DNA of 46,259 nt from Tubiluchus corallicola (GCA_030141605.1 JAQGDQ010001338.1:1-46259), one strand, 5' to 3'. Shown: positions 24,039-36,923, counted from the first letter of the stretch. Program-made: numbers and translations. Notes: generated by a model from the sequence alone, not told the origin.

Positions 24039-25064
24039 CGGTAGATGCGGCTTAATAGACTACTGGGACGGAAGTATTTTGACCCAATTAACCGACTGAG
24101 TCAAATAGCTGAAGGGTTAAGTGTATTACTACTATACAAGTATGAGTCATCAGTCATCACCTTAATATGCATTGCAAAGGCTTAAAATGGATCTTAGAAA
24201 CGAATTAATATCAAAAATACCTATGTGCAATTATTTAAGAAGCATAATTTTTATAAGTGGATTAAAAAAAGAAAAAATTGCAAAATCTGATTATTGCAAT
24301 TAAAAAATACAAAAATTCATGCAAGGTCAGTTGCTTCACTTCTTCATGAAGAAGTTTGAAATTCTCATTGTGATAAAAACATTGAAAATCTGTCACTGTT
24401 GGCTGCACACTTTCACGCAAAACACCTAGTCACCTAGTGCTTGAGCTGCAGTTGGTGATGACCTTGTAAAAAACAGCAGGAACTTCAGAAACAAACCGCT
24501 GGTCAAGTGATTAAATGTTTAGCTTCAAGAAATAACGAGGTTAATTGCAGTGGACAAGCGGGTGACAGATTCAAAGCAAACCGCTGGTCAAGTGATTAAA
24601 TGTTTAGCTTCAAGAAATAACGAGGTTAATTGCAGTGGACAAGCGGGTGACAGATTCAAAGCAAACCGCTGGTCAAGTGATTAAATGTTTAGCTTCAAGA
24701 AATAACGAGGTTAATTGCAGTGGACAAGCGGGTGACAGATTCAAAGCAAAACGGCTACGCTAACATATTAGTGCATGTAATAAACGTATCGTATCTGCTT
24801 ACAAACAAAGCTGTGTTTAACGTGACTGTCTCTAGGCATATTATAGTTCAAAAAATGACATAAAACAGCAAAAGCTCTTTGGGCACACATAACGTATCTT
24901 ATTTTAAGTGCTTGAAGTAAAATATTGAGCCAATTATACGAAGTTATTTGAGTCAATTGCCAACGGTTTTACATACATACATACAAAAGGCCCGTACCAG
25001 GTGCTTTTGAGTCAATTAAGCAACTGAGTCTACTAATTGTGAGTTTATTGAGCAGCGCCTATTG
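24039..25064. mobile_element. Old pogo/Tigger-like MITE containing a 3 x 85-bp tandem (24493-24749)
   Basis: Degenerate TIRs with TA flanks; three identical-looking 85-bp units. Confidence 0.6.
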
Positions 25065-25113
25065 TATCATGATAATTTTTGAATCCGCCAACTAATTAAT
25101 TCATCTGTTTTAG

Positions 25114-25155
25114 GATGAACTAACACAACGGTTAGCTCGTTTGAGGCAGCAGTGA
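25114..25155 (+). CDS. CHMP1B: CHMP1B-like exon 7 (last coding exon; MIM1 motif)
   Basis: DELTQRLARLRQQ*; total CDS 603 nt = 200 aa. Confidence 0.97.
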   Translation, partial: DELTQRLARLRQQ

Positions 25156-25664
25156 TAACATTTACGTAAGTATCTTCATCTTTCCACGTCTAATCTTTGT
25201 AAGTTATTTACTATCTTATTTCTTTTGACACTCCTCTTTGGTTTTCATGTGAATCATGTTTCAATAATTTAATAAACTCTCATTTGATTGTTCAACCGTA
25301 GAATGGAGTAAAAAATGACATTTCAAAAACGGTTACTGTGTATCAAAACAAACAGTCTTTTATTTTATATTTTTCAGAGAAGGATCAGTTTTCTACGTGA
25401 ACATTTATGTACGTAGGTGCCTTCATTACGTATTAGGCCTGTAGCGATACATCAATGCATCCTGAAATCTTGTATTACGATATGCGCATTACTAAAGTGC
25501 ACCCGTATTGTGATAAAATGAGTTGATGATCTAATTTAGCAAACCTAACACGTATTTCACGGTATTCTGATAAAAACATTGTTTAGTAATTCAAGCTGCA
25601 GCTGTAGATTGTACTGTAGATATGTAACAATCAGTGCAGTTTGAGGTAGTTGACTTGATACAGG

Positions 25665-26168
25665 CAGGGATGAGAATTTTCCGCGGATGCGTGGAATTCC
25701 GAGTTTTTGGAAGACCAGTAGTGCCATTTTTGTAAATCGTTTAAATTTGTTGAGAAAATGTTTACGGACCCAGTACATTATTTCACAAGTTGATCGCTAG
25801 GTGGCAGGCCGTCACTTTGTTTACATCACGTACATCAGTGTAACAACGTGTATGTCTTTATGTATAAAAATATAGAATCAATTGTGCTGAGTTATCTGAG
25901 TCAATTGCAGACAGTTTTTATATACTTTTGCATAGGAGTGGCCAGTACTTAGGTGTTTTTGAGAAAATTAGGTATCATGTATCCTTGATAGTTGTGTATT
26001 TTAAAATATGCATGAAACAAGGTAACTGATATTTTAAGTCCACTTAGAGGCTCTCTGTGGTCACAAAATTGCAATTTTTTGCTTCGACCCCTTGCCCCTC
26101 AACCCCATTAGGAGCCTAGGCGGCCCCAAAACCCCCGGCCTGTTTGCATTTTGTCATTCTCATCCCTG
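25665..26168 (+). mobile_element. hAT-like MITE family A, copy 3
   Basis: TIR CAGGGATGAGAAT; perfect 8-bp TSD GATACAGG. Confidence 0.92.
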
Positions 26169-27674
26169 GATACAGGCACTGCTGGCAGCTAAAGTGGTTG
26201 AAAATACACGAGGTGTTTAACATGTAGTGCGGTAATTACGTTGTTTACATGTAAACTTATGGAATGGCAAAAGTGAACCAGAAAATGCATGAGCAACTTT
26301 TAAACGTAAAGTTTTGCTATGTTTTGTTTTTCTGCTGGTTTACTGTGCAAACAATAACCTACACACTACACAAGTAGTAAATAAAAATCATAGTAGATAA
26401 ACAGTTTATCGAGTTGTTTTAGCATTTAGCAATCATAAAATTGTTGGTCGATAAAATATGTTTAGCATTTATTCTCAATGGTTTGATCTAGTTTTTTTTT
26501 AAAACCTATAAACGTTAACTCAGGTGTATCGCGATTAGGGGTGAGCATTCTCTATCAGAAAGCGAATTTGAATCGAATCTAATGTCAGCATTTCGAATTT
26601 GAACACAGATACTGAAAAAAGTACGTGAAATGTGAGTCTTGTTCAAGTAGTAACATAAGATCGGCTGCTTTCTCTAACTTAGTACAAAATAACTACATAA
26701 AATTTCACCATAAGTCGACCAAATAAGACAACTTCTTATTATGTTTAGGTCAATATAATGACTAGAGGTGAGCATTCCCTGCCAAAAAGAGAATCGAATT
26801 GAATTTGTGAGTTTGGAACTCAAATCAAACAAAATTTTCAAACCGGACTTAAATTAGAATTTAGCTGTCAAGAGTTTCGTATCGTTAATAATACGAGGTC
26901 TCACAAAGATCAAGCATATTACTTGCTTTTATTCTGTAGCAAGAACACTAATAATTTGTCAAAAAATTGTGTACAGAAATCACAACTAAACTGTGCCGAC
27001 TGCATGATGTTTCAAGTTTTTATGATAAAGAACGTATGTATCATGACTCAAGTTTATTGTTACCACCCCATTATGTATGCAGAGTTAGTTATCAAAGTGT
27101 AATATATATATATATATATATTCTTGTTTCTTGAAGATGTGAACATTGTTTTTACAAAGTTGCGTCTTTGAAAATCTTTGAAATGATCGGGACTTTAAAG
27201 TGATTTAAACTACATGACACATTCATCACATTTTAGTTACTAAATCTTTCTAACATTTTTCTTAAACATTGAAATAAGCCTAACTTCCCAAAATGCTTGA
27301 TCTTTCCTTTAATTAATATAAAAGTGGTCAAAGTGACTTCAAAATGATAAAGCCAAAAAGCATAGTGTGACTTTTGATCCATTTCTCTTATTTTGGAGAT
27401 TTTTATTGATTTTCAAAGTGAAATGTAAATAACTTAAAGTCTAAGAAAATCTTTCACTAGTGAATAATGCAGTTTTACCTGTTTTATAATTGTAAATGTA
27501 TGTATATTTTAACACTAATTTGCAATTGTATTGACTGCATATCATCTGTCTTGTACAGATTACAATTGGAAGAAATATTAAGAAATATTGTTAATGCAAC
27601 ATAAAAATTTTCTGTTTCTATCTGTTTTGCACTTCCTGTTTCAAGCAGTGCAGTGTGACCATGGTTTAATTAAT

Positions 27675-28131
27675 CAGTAGCAGCCTGTAGGTAAAATTAC
27701 TGGGGGTGCTGCTTTAATACTGTGTAAAACAAAACAAACATATAATTTTAGTGTTGTAATTTGTAAGTGTAATTTTTAACAAACAAACATATGAAAGTTT
27801 ATACATAAACTTGATGAAAATCCTAAACAAAAAAATATTTTTTACTAATAGCCTAAATTGTCACAGCTCAAGTTTGATCCATTCTCTACCTGGGTTTTCA
27901 GACATGCAGGCATGGCCGCATGCGCACAACAGCCAAACACCGCGTTGCTGGAGCGCACTGTGCTGGGCTGGGCTGTGAAGCACACAGTACTACCCTCACG
28001 TGCTCTGATTCCGTACAAGTATAAAGAAAGAACTAAAGAAAAAAGACTTATTATATTGAACATTATTGATAATATCGAGTGAAAATAGTGGGTGCTGCAG
28101 TTCCACGGTACCTATACACGAGCCGCCACTG
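27675..28131 (+). mobile_element. hAT-like MITE family B, copy 2; extra right-end remnant at ~28318-28376
   Basis: Aligns along its length to 18739-19265. Confidence 0.8.
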
Positions 28132-28754
28132 CATAAAGGTACAATGCTGCCGTATCCATCCTAAGACGGCAACGGATATCACCACTGACAGTATTTACCG
28201 TATTACATGATGGCAGTTCAAATGTCAGTCTCAACTACTGCTGAGTATTGAAGAAAGAGTGTTCACTAACCTAATTCTGGCACACGACACAGTTAAGGAA
28301 GCACAATATTATCGATACTATTGAGTGAAAATGAATTTCTGCAGTTCCACAGTACCTGTACACAAGCCCGCCACTGTTTGGTTTTGACAAAGCAAAAAAA
28401 TTACTTTTACTTTTCTAAGCTGAACACAGCACGCAGTTCCACTATAAGTAATGTGGCAGCAAGAATGAAACATCAGACACCAAGAACTATTTTTTAAACA
28501 AATAATTTTATTATTCATACACGATGCAGTGCAGCAGTTGTGCAACTGTGGTTAACTTAACAGTGGTAAAAGTATAATTAAAAACTACAACAACTTCTCT
28601 CCTGATTGCAGATAACAATAAAAAATTTCACTACTCGAATATAATTAACACAGCGTTTGGCAATAAAGTTGATAGGATTGAATCAGCAGCAAATAAAATG
28701 CAAAGATTTCCAAGCTTGTTTGTTTTGTTCACAAGATGTCACTATTGCTTAGCC

Positions 28755-29606
28755 TTAGTCGAAACTGTATTTCTGTACAACTCTGAGCTCTGGACATCAA
28801 AAGCAAATCATAAAGCTGAAATCGATGCGTTTCAAAGGCGAAATTACAGAAACCTTTTGGGTATTAGATGGCCAAAGAAAATTTCAAACAAAGATCCATA
28901 TGAAAAAATAAAAGAAGAACCTTGGAGAAGAAAAATAAAAAGACACCGTTTAAGATGGATTGGGCATATGCTTAGACTATCTGATGATGTTCCAGTGAAG
29001 ATAGCTCTTCAACAAGTCATAGAAGCAGCTAAAAAACCTGCAGGAGGACAAATGTTAACATATCTAGATTTTGCACAGAAAGATTTAAACACTTCAGCAT
29101 TGATCCTTAGAAATAAATGTACTTGGGGCATTGCGGCGAGTAGGGAGTCCTGGCCATAGGGAGGTGAACAGAATCATGTCCCTGGACGTGTGATTCATTG
29201 GACGACGATGATGATGTTGATGATGACCTGGAATAGGGAGGTGAGCAGAATCATGTCACTGGACGTATGATTCATTGGATGACGACGATGATGGCTTTTG
29301 TTAGAGATAAATGCACTTGGGGCGCATTGCGGCGAGCAGGGACTCCTGGCATAGGGAGGTGAGCAGAATCATGTCACTGGACGTATGATTCATTGGATGA
29401 TGATGATGATGACTTTTGTTAGAAATAAATCCACTTGGGGCATTGCAGCGAGTAGAGAGTCCTGGCATAGAGAGGTGAGCAGAATCATGTCCCTGGACGT
29501 ATGATTCATTCGATGATGATGATGATGATGGTGGTGATGATGATCTGGCATAGGGAGGTTAGCAGAATCACGTCCCTGGACGTGTGATTCATTGCATGAT
29601 GATGAC
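28755..29606 (+). mobile_element. RTE-clade LINE 3' portion followed by reiterated 3' ends
   Basis: VFLYNSELW...IDAFQRR...LLGIRWP..ISN...RLRWIGHMLRL is a typical RTE C-terminus; five ends each finish in (GAT)n. Confidence 0.9.
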
Positions 29607-30257
29607 TATTGCTCAATGTCTAGAATCGACATAATGAGCATGTGATGATGATGATGATGTTGCTGCTGCTGCTGACGATGATGATGATGTTGCTGCTGCC
29701 GCTGATGATGATGATGATGATGATGACTGTTGCTCACCAGTTTTAATAATAACACAGAACGATGAGCTTGGTATCAAAATGATCCTGATTGGAGATTCAG
29801 GATATGTGAATAACTAGAAAAGCTTAATTGCTGAAGTTACAGACAATTTTGCTAGGCACACATCATAACGAACGAAACTCAAAATTTGGATTGAAACCGT
29901 CGTCTATCATTTCTATGTATCAGTTCTGATGAACACTACTAATCACTACTAATCATTATTATCTGAACACTGTGTATCTATAGCAACACTTATAAACGTT
30001 ACAAATTAAACACGTGCCATTATTTCACATTTAGATACAAATCTGAAAGTGTTACAAAAACTGTAGCACAATTTTCTGTACAAACTGTGAGAAAAGTTAT
30101 CACTTTGAACTGATTAAATGCCATAAAAATTAATATCACTCGAATGCATGAAAATTGATTGCTTAAAATTTCAATACTCAGTGAAAGACAAAGCCGTGTA
30201 AGTATCACAATTAGTACTGAGTGTAACCAACAGACGGCGCTGCGTGGTGGTTATCAG

Positions 30258-30344
30258 TTAGTCTGTAGCATACGCAAGATTACACGACAGTAGTTTTTCC
30301 ACTGCGGGTATCGTCAAACCTTTGCGGGTTGCATAGTCTGCCAC
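30258..30344 (-). CDS. MTR: Methionine synthase, last exon
   Basis: VADYATRKGLTIPAVEKLLSCNLAYATD* matches the MTR C-terminus. Confidence 0.95.
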   Translation of the reverse strand: MADYATRKGLTIPAVEKLLSCNLAYATD

Positions 30345-30594
30345 CTAGGAGTAGAAAAAACAAAAATTTAACTTCACAAATACGACATGTTTGGCAGAAT
30401 GTCATTTGAATCGTTTTTTGCTATTTGCGTAAATTGTATAATTAGAGGTTAGAGCCACGCCATTTGAGCTGAGCTCCAGCCGGTTTGTTTCTGTAGTCGA
30501 CCTAGACTATAAGAAAGAGAGCTTTAGTCCCGCCAGCCGCTCGGTGATAGGAGTCGACATTGCTGTGAAGACTTTTGTTCTTGTGAACAAGCCA

Positions 30595-30700
30595 CTGGCA
30601 TAGCAGTGCCAAGTTTTTTGCTGGATTACTGCTGCTGTGTTTACCTGTCTTTAAGGCGAATTTCCTTTATTTTACAATTCTGCCTGCCCAATGTCTACAG
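30595..30700. repeat. ~110-bp dispersed repeat; copies at ~36674-36775 and ~37178-37280
   Basis: TGGCATAGCAGTG...TGCTGGATTACTGCTGC...AATTCTGCCTGCCCAATGTCTACA shared by three loci in MTR introns. Confidence 0.75.
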
Positions 30701-31050
30701 TGACGAAATCACAGGTTGAAATATGGCAAACACATTGCGGATTCGCGGTCAGATTGTGCGTGTGCCGGCAGAGATACGAAACTTTGGAAATTTTTGAACA
30801 AGAAAGCTGGTCAATTCAAAATGAAATGCACAAATAGGCAACGTTAGTCACAGGTATGGGATCATTTTGGTGTTTTGGTATTGATTCGTCGGTAATCAAG
30901 ATAAGCTTCGCAAAGAGTTGGATTTAAATTATATTTACAATAATTAACAGTTAACTAACAATTTATATATAATTTATTTAACGAAAAATTCGTAGATGAT
31001 TTAGTTGATTTTTTCTTTAAGCCAACTCAGCTGAAAAGTCAGTGAACCGC

Positions 31051-32455
31051 CTAGCTAGCTGATTTACTTTGTGAGTCAGCTGATGTAGTAGCAACTGACT
31101 CAGCCTCAGCCGAGCTAGCCGATTTACTGTGTGAGTCAGCTGATGTAGTAGCAACTGACTCAGCTTCAGCCAAGCTAGCCGATTTACTGTGTGAGTCAGC
31201 TGATGTAGTAGCAACTGACTCAGCTTCAGCCGTGCTAGCTGATTTACTGTGCGAGTCAGCTGATGTAGTAGCAACTGACTCAGCCTCAGCCGAGCTAGCC
31301 GATTTACTGTGTGAGTCAGCTGATGTAGTAGCAACTGACTCAGCTTTAGTCGAGCTAGCTGATTTACTGTGTGAGTCGGCTGATGTAGTAGCAACTGACT
31401 CAGCCTCAGCCGAGCTAGCCGATTTACTGTGTGAGTCAGCTGATGTAGTAGCAACTGACTCAGCCTCAGCCGAGCTAGCTGATTTACTTTGTGAGTCAGC
31501 TGATGTAGTAGCAACTGACTCAGCCTCAGCCGAGCTAGCCGATTTACTGTGTGAGTCAGCTGATGTAGTAGCAACTGACTCAGCTTTAGTCGAGCTAGCT
31601 GATTTACTGTGTGAGTCGGCTGATGTAGTAGCAACTGACTCAGCTTCAGCCAAGCTAGCTGATTTACTGTGCGAGTCAGCTGATGTAGTAGCAACTGACT
31701 CAGCTTCAGCCGAGCTAGCTGATTTACTGTGCGAGTCAACTGATGTAGTAGCAACTGACTCAGCTTCAGCCAAGCTAGCTGATTTACTGTGCGAATCAGC
31801 TGATGTAGTAGCAACTGACTCAGCTTCAGCCGAGCTAGCTGATTTACTGTGTGAGTCAGCTGATGTAGTAGCAACTGACTCAGCTTCAGCCAAGCTAGCT
31901 GATTTACTGTGCGAGTCAGCTGATGTAGTAGCAACTGACTCAGCTTCAGCCGAGCTAGCTGATTTACTGTGTGAGTCAGCTGATGTAGTAGCAACTGACT
32001 CAGCTTCAGCCGAGCTAGCTGATTTACTGTGTGAGTCAGCTGATGTAGTAGCAACTGACTCAGCTTCAGCCGAGCTAGCTGATTTACTGTGTGAGTCAGC
32101 TGATGTAGTAGCAACTGACTCAGCTTCAGCCGAGCTAGCTGATTTACTGTGTGAGTCAGCTGATGTAGTAGCAACTGACTCAGCTTCAGCCGAGCTAGCT
32201 GATTTACTGTGTGAGTCAGCTGATGTAGTAGCAACTGACTCAGCTTCAGCCGAGCTAGCTGATTTACTGTGTGAGTCAGCTGATGTAGTAGCAACTGACT
32301 CAGCTTCAGCCGAGCTAGCTGATTTACTGTGTGAGTCAGCTGATGTAGTAGCAACTGACTCAGCTTCAGCCGAGCTAGCTGATTTACTGTGTGAGTCAGC
32401 TGATGTAGTAGCAACTGACTCAGCTTCAGCCGAGCTAGCTGATTCACTGTGTGAG
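31051..32455. repeat. 60-bp minisatellite, ~23 copies, no indels seen
   Basis: Direct periodicity; lies in the last intron of MTR. Confidence 0.99.
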
Positions 32456-32599
32456 GCAAACTGCACAAAAAACACTTGAAATACTTTTGCCCAAACGTGT
32501 TCAGGCTCTGATTAGTTTAGACAACAAGCTGGCTTAATTAGTTTTATAGTTTTATTTAATTTTGACAAAAGTTTAGACCAACGCACGGCAATAACGAGT

Positions 32600-32700
32600 G
32601 GACACCGTGTCGTGTGTGCTCGACGATCAAAGTTAAGCAATGCGAGACCTAATTAGTGGACGGATGAGTGAATGTCAGTTCAATATTTACTGCAAGCAGT
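32600..32700 (+). pseudogene. Degenerate 5S-like fragment (old SINE3 head or 5S pseudogene)
   Basis: GATCAAAGTTAAGCAATGCGAGACCTAATTAGTGGACGGATGAGTGA resembles the 5S internal control region. Confidence 0.5.
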
Positions 32701-32945
32701 TACATTCACGATGTTGTTCACGTCAATTTCTTCTGTAGCTGGAGCACGTAGATGTACCCAAAATATAAGAAAGAGCATTTCTGTGTTTTTCATGTCCGAG
32801 CTTAGAGGATTATCCTTGATGAGGTTCCTAGCTAGGTTCCCGGCCTGCCACAATCACCCAGCATTAAGTATGCCATTCTGCTGCAGAAGCGGGTGCCAGT
32901 CTCTACAATTTTAGTGTGGCAACTGTATAAGAAAAGGATGCAAAC

Positions 32946-33149
32946 CTGTTCACGTGTTATCTTTCCCACTTGAAAGTACGTAGAATGAGGGCTGGCGAAA
33001 TACAAGCCGCTGACCGATGCGGCCGGCCACATGGCCAGCGATTCCGTCAACTTGATTCCCGTGTTCTCCTCCACGTCCAACAAGCTCCACATTGTCAGCT
33101 TCTCCGTGTGATCCGGCTGGCTTGGGTATCCGGCAGCTGGGCGAATTCC
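32946..33149 (-). CDS. MTR: Methionine synthase exon (AdoMet-binding activation domain)
   Basis: [21 protein letters not shown]...[21 protein letters not shown]...GKITREQ; phase 0/0. Confidence 0.98.
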
Positions 33150-35910
33150 CTGTGGACATTATAAGTTTATTTATTTCCACTCTGCATCTAACAATTATAA
33201 TAAAAATACAAATAATTTCACTGAAGTAAATATAAATATAAATGCAGTATTATCCAGAAATTACAAAAGAGATTCTTATGCAGCATATACATGTGCAAAT
33301 TACATTACAGAATGATGCATACAGTTTGAGCTTAAAAGCATAGCTTGACAGGCCAAACTGTACATGGAAATCTTAAAGAAATGATTAATAATTGAAATAA
33401 TGATAATCTGCTATCATTAAAATGATAATGATAATGATAATGATATATATACATAAAAGGGGGGAGTAGTGAATGAAAGATGAAATGGAGCGAGAACTAA
33501 GAAAAACTGTGATCATGATTATAAAGTGTTCAGTAACCTGTTGAGCATAGTCACGTTTTATTAAGATTACTGTGGAAAAAGAATGCATGTGATTAGACAC
33601 GACTACATTAAAGGGGGAGCACTTCATAGAGAGAAAAACAGAGTTACTAGAGGGGGCAAATTTCATTACATAATACCAGAGCCAGATTATCCTATAGGCT
33701 AGTATAGGGTGCAGCCTACGGACCCTCAACCTTGAGGTCCTGAAGCTTTGGAAACATTTAGTAGAAATACCAATTTTTCTCACTACAGTTCTGTTGAAAT
33801 ATGTTCTAATATGGTTTGCAGTAAAGAGTAAAATAGTGATAATTCTTTAAGAAAAACCGGATCCAATCTTAAACTGCAGGTCAAAACAATCTACTCTTTA
33901 AAATATTGAAAGGAAACATACTGTTTTTTCAAAAATGACTTATGTGGAAGAATTATTACCACACAAACACAATTTCGTGTTCGCGCCACTATTACATGCA
34001 TTTACTATTACATGCATTTCGGCATTCGCTAGTTAGACGGGCACCAGCGCCTGCATTTTCTGCATTTCGGAAACGCATTGCACAGAAAACAAGTGCTGTA
34101 CCTCTCAGTTCAGATGTGTTAGTTTGTGACGTTTAACAACTGATGCGTGAGCACAGCAGTAAATTTGAAATTTGAATTTTTATCTTAAAACTTGCCTAGT
34201 TTTAATACAGGACACTGAATATCTTACAGTAACACTGTACTTTAATTTTCGCTTTCACAAACACGTGCAACACGCTCGTGGAATGTTTCTGCTGTTGAAA
34301 ATTATGTTAGTTTGTGATGTCATCAATAGCTGAGCTCGTCCACTATTAATTAAGTTTTTAATCTAAATTTTAACTACCAGAAACACTTTCAGTACTAATT
34401 GTGTTAAAATGTATACTTTTTATCAGACTTGAAAATGGAGTAGCATATGGAAAATTTAAAGAATTTACTTCCTTTAAAGAATATTTTTATTGACAAACAA
34501 AAGATTGCTATTCTAGTTTATTTAAAGAATTTACAATAAGTTTATGTAAAATAGCTAAAATGTATCATGAGTAAAATTATTCAAGATAGGTGTGTGCATG
34601 TTGGGGTGTTTCCATCGGAGGGGGCCTATAATTTCATTGGCCTGGTGGCCCCAAAAGTTCATAATCCGGCCCTGCCTAATACCCATCTTGTTGTAACACA
34701 TTAAGAACAGCTGGAACATATTAAGAACAACAAGAAATAATTAATAACAAATAACATAATTGTTGGTGTCAAGCAATTTAATCTAGCATTCTATAATTAT
34801 TTGTTTTTTTTTGTATTTTTACAAACAAGCATTTCCTGAAACTGTTTAAAACGAAGCCAGGCTTAGTCATGTGACCTAAGCTTTAGTAGTATACGCCACC
34901 TATCAATCACAGTTGTTCTTACACGTAGTTACATTTTCTGTTGCCGTTATGCTGATCATGCCGTTTGGTGATACTTGCATTGCTTTGTCTATTTTGTTAC
35001 AATTTAACAGACACTAGTTGTATTTTCAAGCCAAAGTTGTTACCAGTAAATATAAGTCACCATCTACTTTAATAATTAGTTAATAGTTTAAATTGGTTAG
35101 AATTGTTTCAAATCTGTAGAATCATAAAGTAATAATTTGTGTTGCAGTCTTCTTAAATCTAACTTTTCATTTTGTCTAAATAGTAATAACCTTTAGCACG
35201 TTCATAAGCACTTTTTGTGATCTGTTATTTTAATAAATTGTAGGTCTATCGCACAGTTCAATACTGATTTTTGCCGTTTCTTTGCCTGGAGTGGGCACAT
35301 CCACAATTACAATTATAAAAAATCAATTAATATTGTGAAATTTCAGGTGCAACTGAACGCACCTGTGTTAAAGAAAACAAGCGAGTGATCTTAAGAGAAT
35401 GTGGCGAATACAACCTCTTAAAACGTGTTCCAGAGAGACAACGCTACTCCAAATGCAACCATTTCTGGATGCTGTATTAGATGAAAAAAATCTCTGCCTA
35501 CAGAAAAGGCTACGACTATGAATACGTCTTAATCAAGCTCATCGAAGATTGAACACGAACAGACTATTGCGAAGCTGAGTGCTTATGGATTTTTCAATCA
35601 AAGCTGTGCTCATATGTGGCCATAGTTTACTTGAAGATTCGCTATTATCAGTACAAGGCCGGTTTCACACAGAGCCAGACATAAGCCACGAGGAGAAAAA
35701 GTTGCCTCATGAAAAATGAACATAATTATGCTAACCAATGGTCCCCGTCACACAAATAATCCTATTGCCATACTGATTTTTGCCCTTTCTTTGCCTGGAC
35801 TGGGCGCATCCACAATAATAATTAATGAAAAAACAGCATTCAATAATTTCCCCCTCTGCCTTACTTTTCCAGGGAAAAACAAACTGAAATTTCTGCTCGC
35901 ATGATAACTT

Positions 35911-36420
35911 CAGGGATGAGAATGACAAATTGCAAAAAACTCTGAAACAGACCTAGGCCCCTAATGGGGTTGAGGGGCAAAGCCCCCTTGGAGACAGCAG
36001 CAAATTGCAATTTTGTGACCATAGAGAGCCTCTAACTGGACTTAAAATATCAATTACCTTGTTTCATGCATAATTTAAAATACCCAACTATCAAGGATAC
36101 ATGATACCTAATTGTCTCAAAAACGCCCAAGTACTGGCCGCTCCTATGTAAAAGTATATAAAAACTGTGTGCAATTGACTCAAATAACTCCACACAATTG
36201 ATTCTATATTTTTATACATAGAGATCTACACGTGGTTACACTGATGTACATGATGTAAACAAAGTGACGGCCTGCCAACTAGCGGTCAGCTTGTGAAACA
36301 ATGTACTGGGTCCGTAAAAATTTTCTTAACGAATTTACGCGATTTACAAAAATGGCACTACTGGTCTTCCAAAAACTCGGAATTCCGCGTCCGCGTATCC
36401 GAGGAAATTTCTCATCCCTG
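35911..36420 (-). mobile_element. hAT-like MITE family A, copy 4 (inverted)
   Basis: Same TIRs; 6-bp TSD TAACTT. Confidence 0.9.
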
Positions 36421-36482
36421 TAACTTTAGTTGCGCATGTGTCTTTTACGATAATTTTTCACTTTACTTGACACGACACGTAC

Positions 36483-36584
36483 TTGATAATTAAGCTTGTG
36501 TAGTTGAGCTGCCGGTAGTTTTTCATTGCTACAATATCCCCATAATTCCGTTCTCACTTTTTCATGCATTTCTTCAGCAAATGC
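36483..36584 (-). CDS. MTR: Methionine synthase exon
   Basis: AFAEEMHEKVRTELWGYCSNEKLPAAQLHKLNYQ; phase 0/0. Confidence 0.97.
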
Positions 36585-36923
36585 CTGCAAAATAATAAAT
36601 AAATAACCTATAAGAAAGGTAAATTTTTCCGGGAAAGGTTTCCCATATTCCCGCAAATTAAAAAAGATTCTTTTGGCATAGCAGTGTCTAGTTTTTCTGC
36701 TGGATTACTGCTGCTTTTACCTGTCTGAAGGCAGATTTCTTTTATTTTAGAATTCTGCCTGCCCAATGTCTACAATCCACGTGACGGGTGTATGATGATG
36801 ATGATGATGATGATTTTGTTAGAGAGTAGGATGCTTGGCCATATAAGCAGCCGAGCATTTAAAACACAATACTTTAATTTAGATGGAAAATTAAAGTCGG
36901 TAGCTGTCAGCACCACTACCAAC

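Noticed and set aside
31051-32455. Hammerhead ribozyme or retrozyme in tandem units (CTGATG motif)
   Set aside because: Lacks the CUGANGA and GAAA core; no convincing hammerhead or HDV fold was seen in the other arrays or at 30445-30600 either
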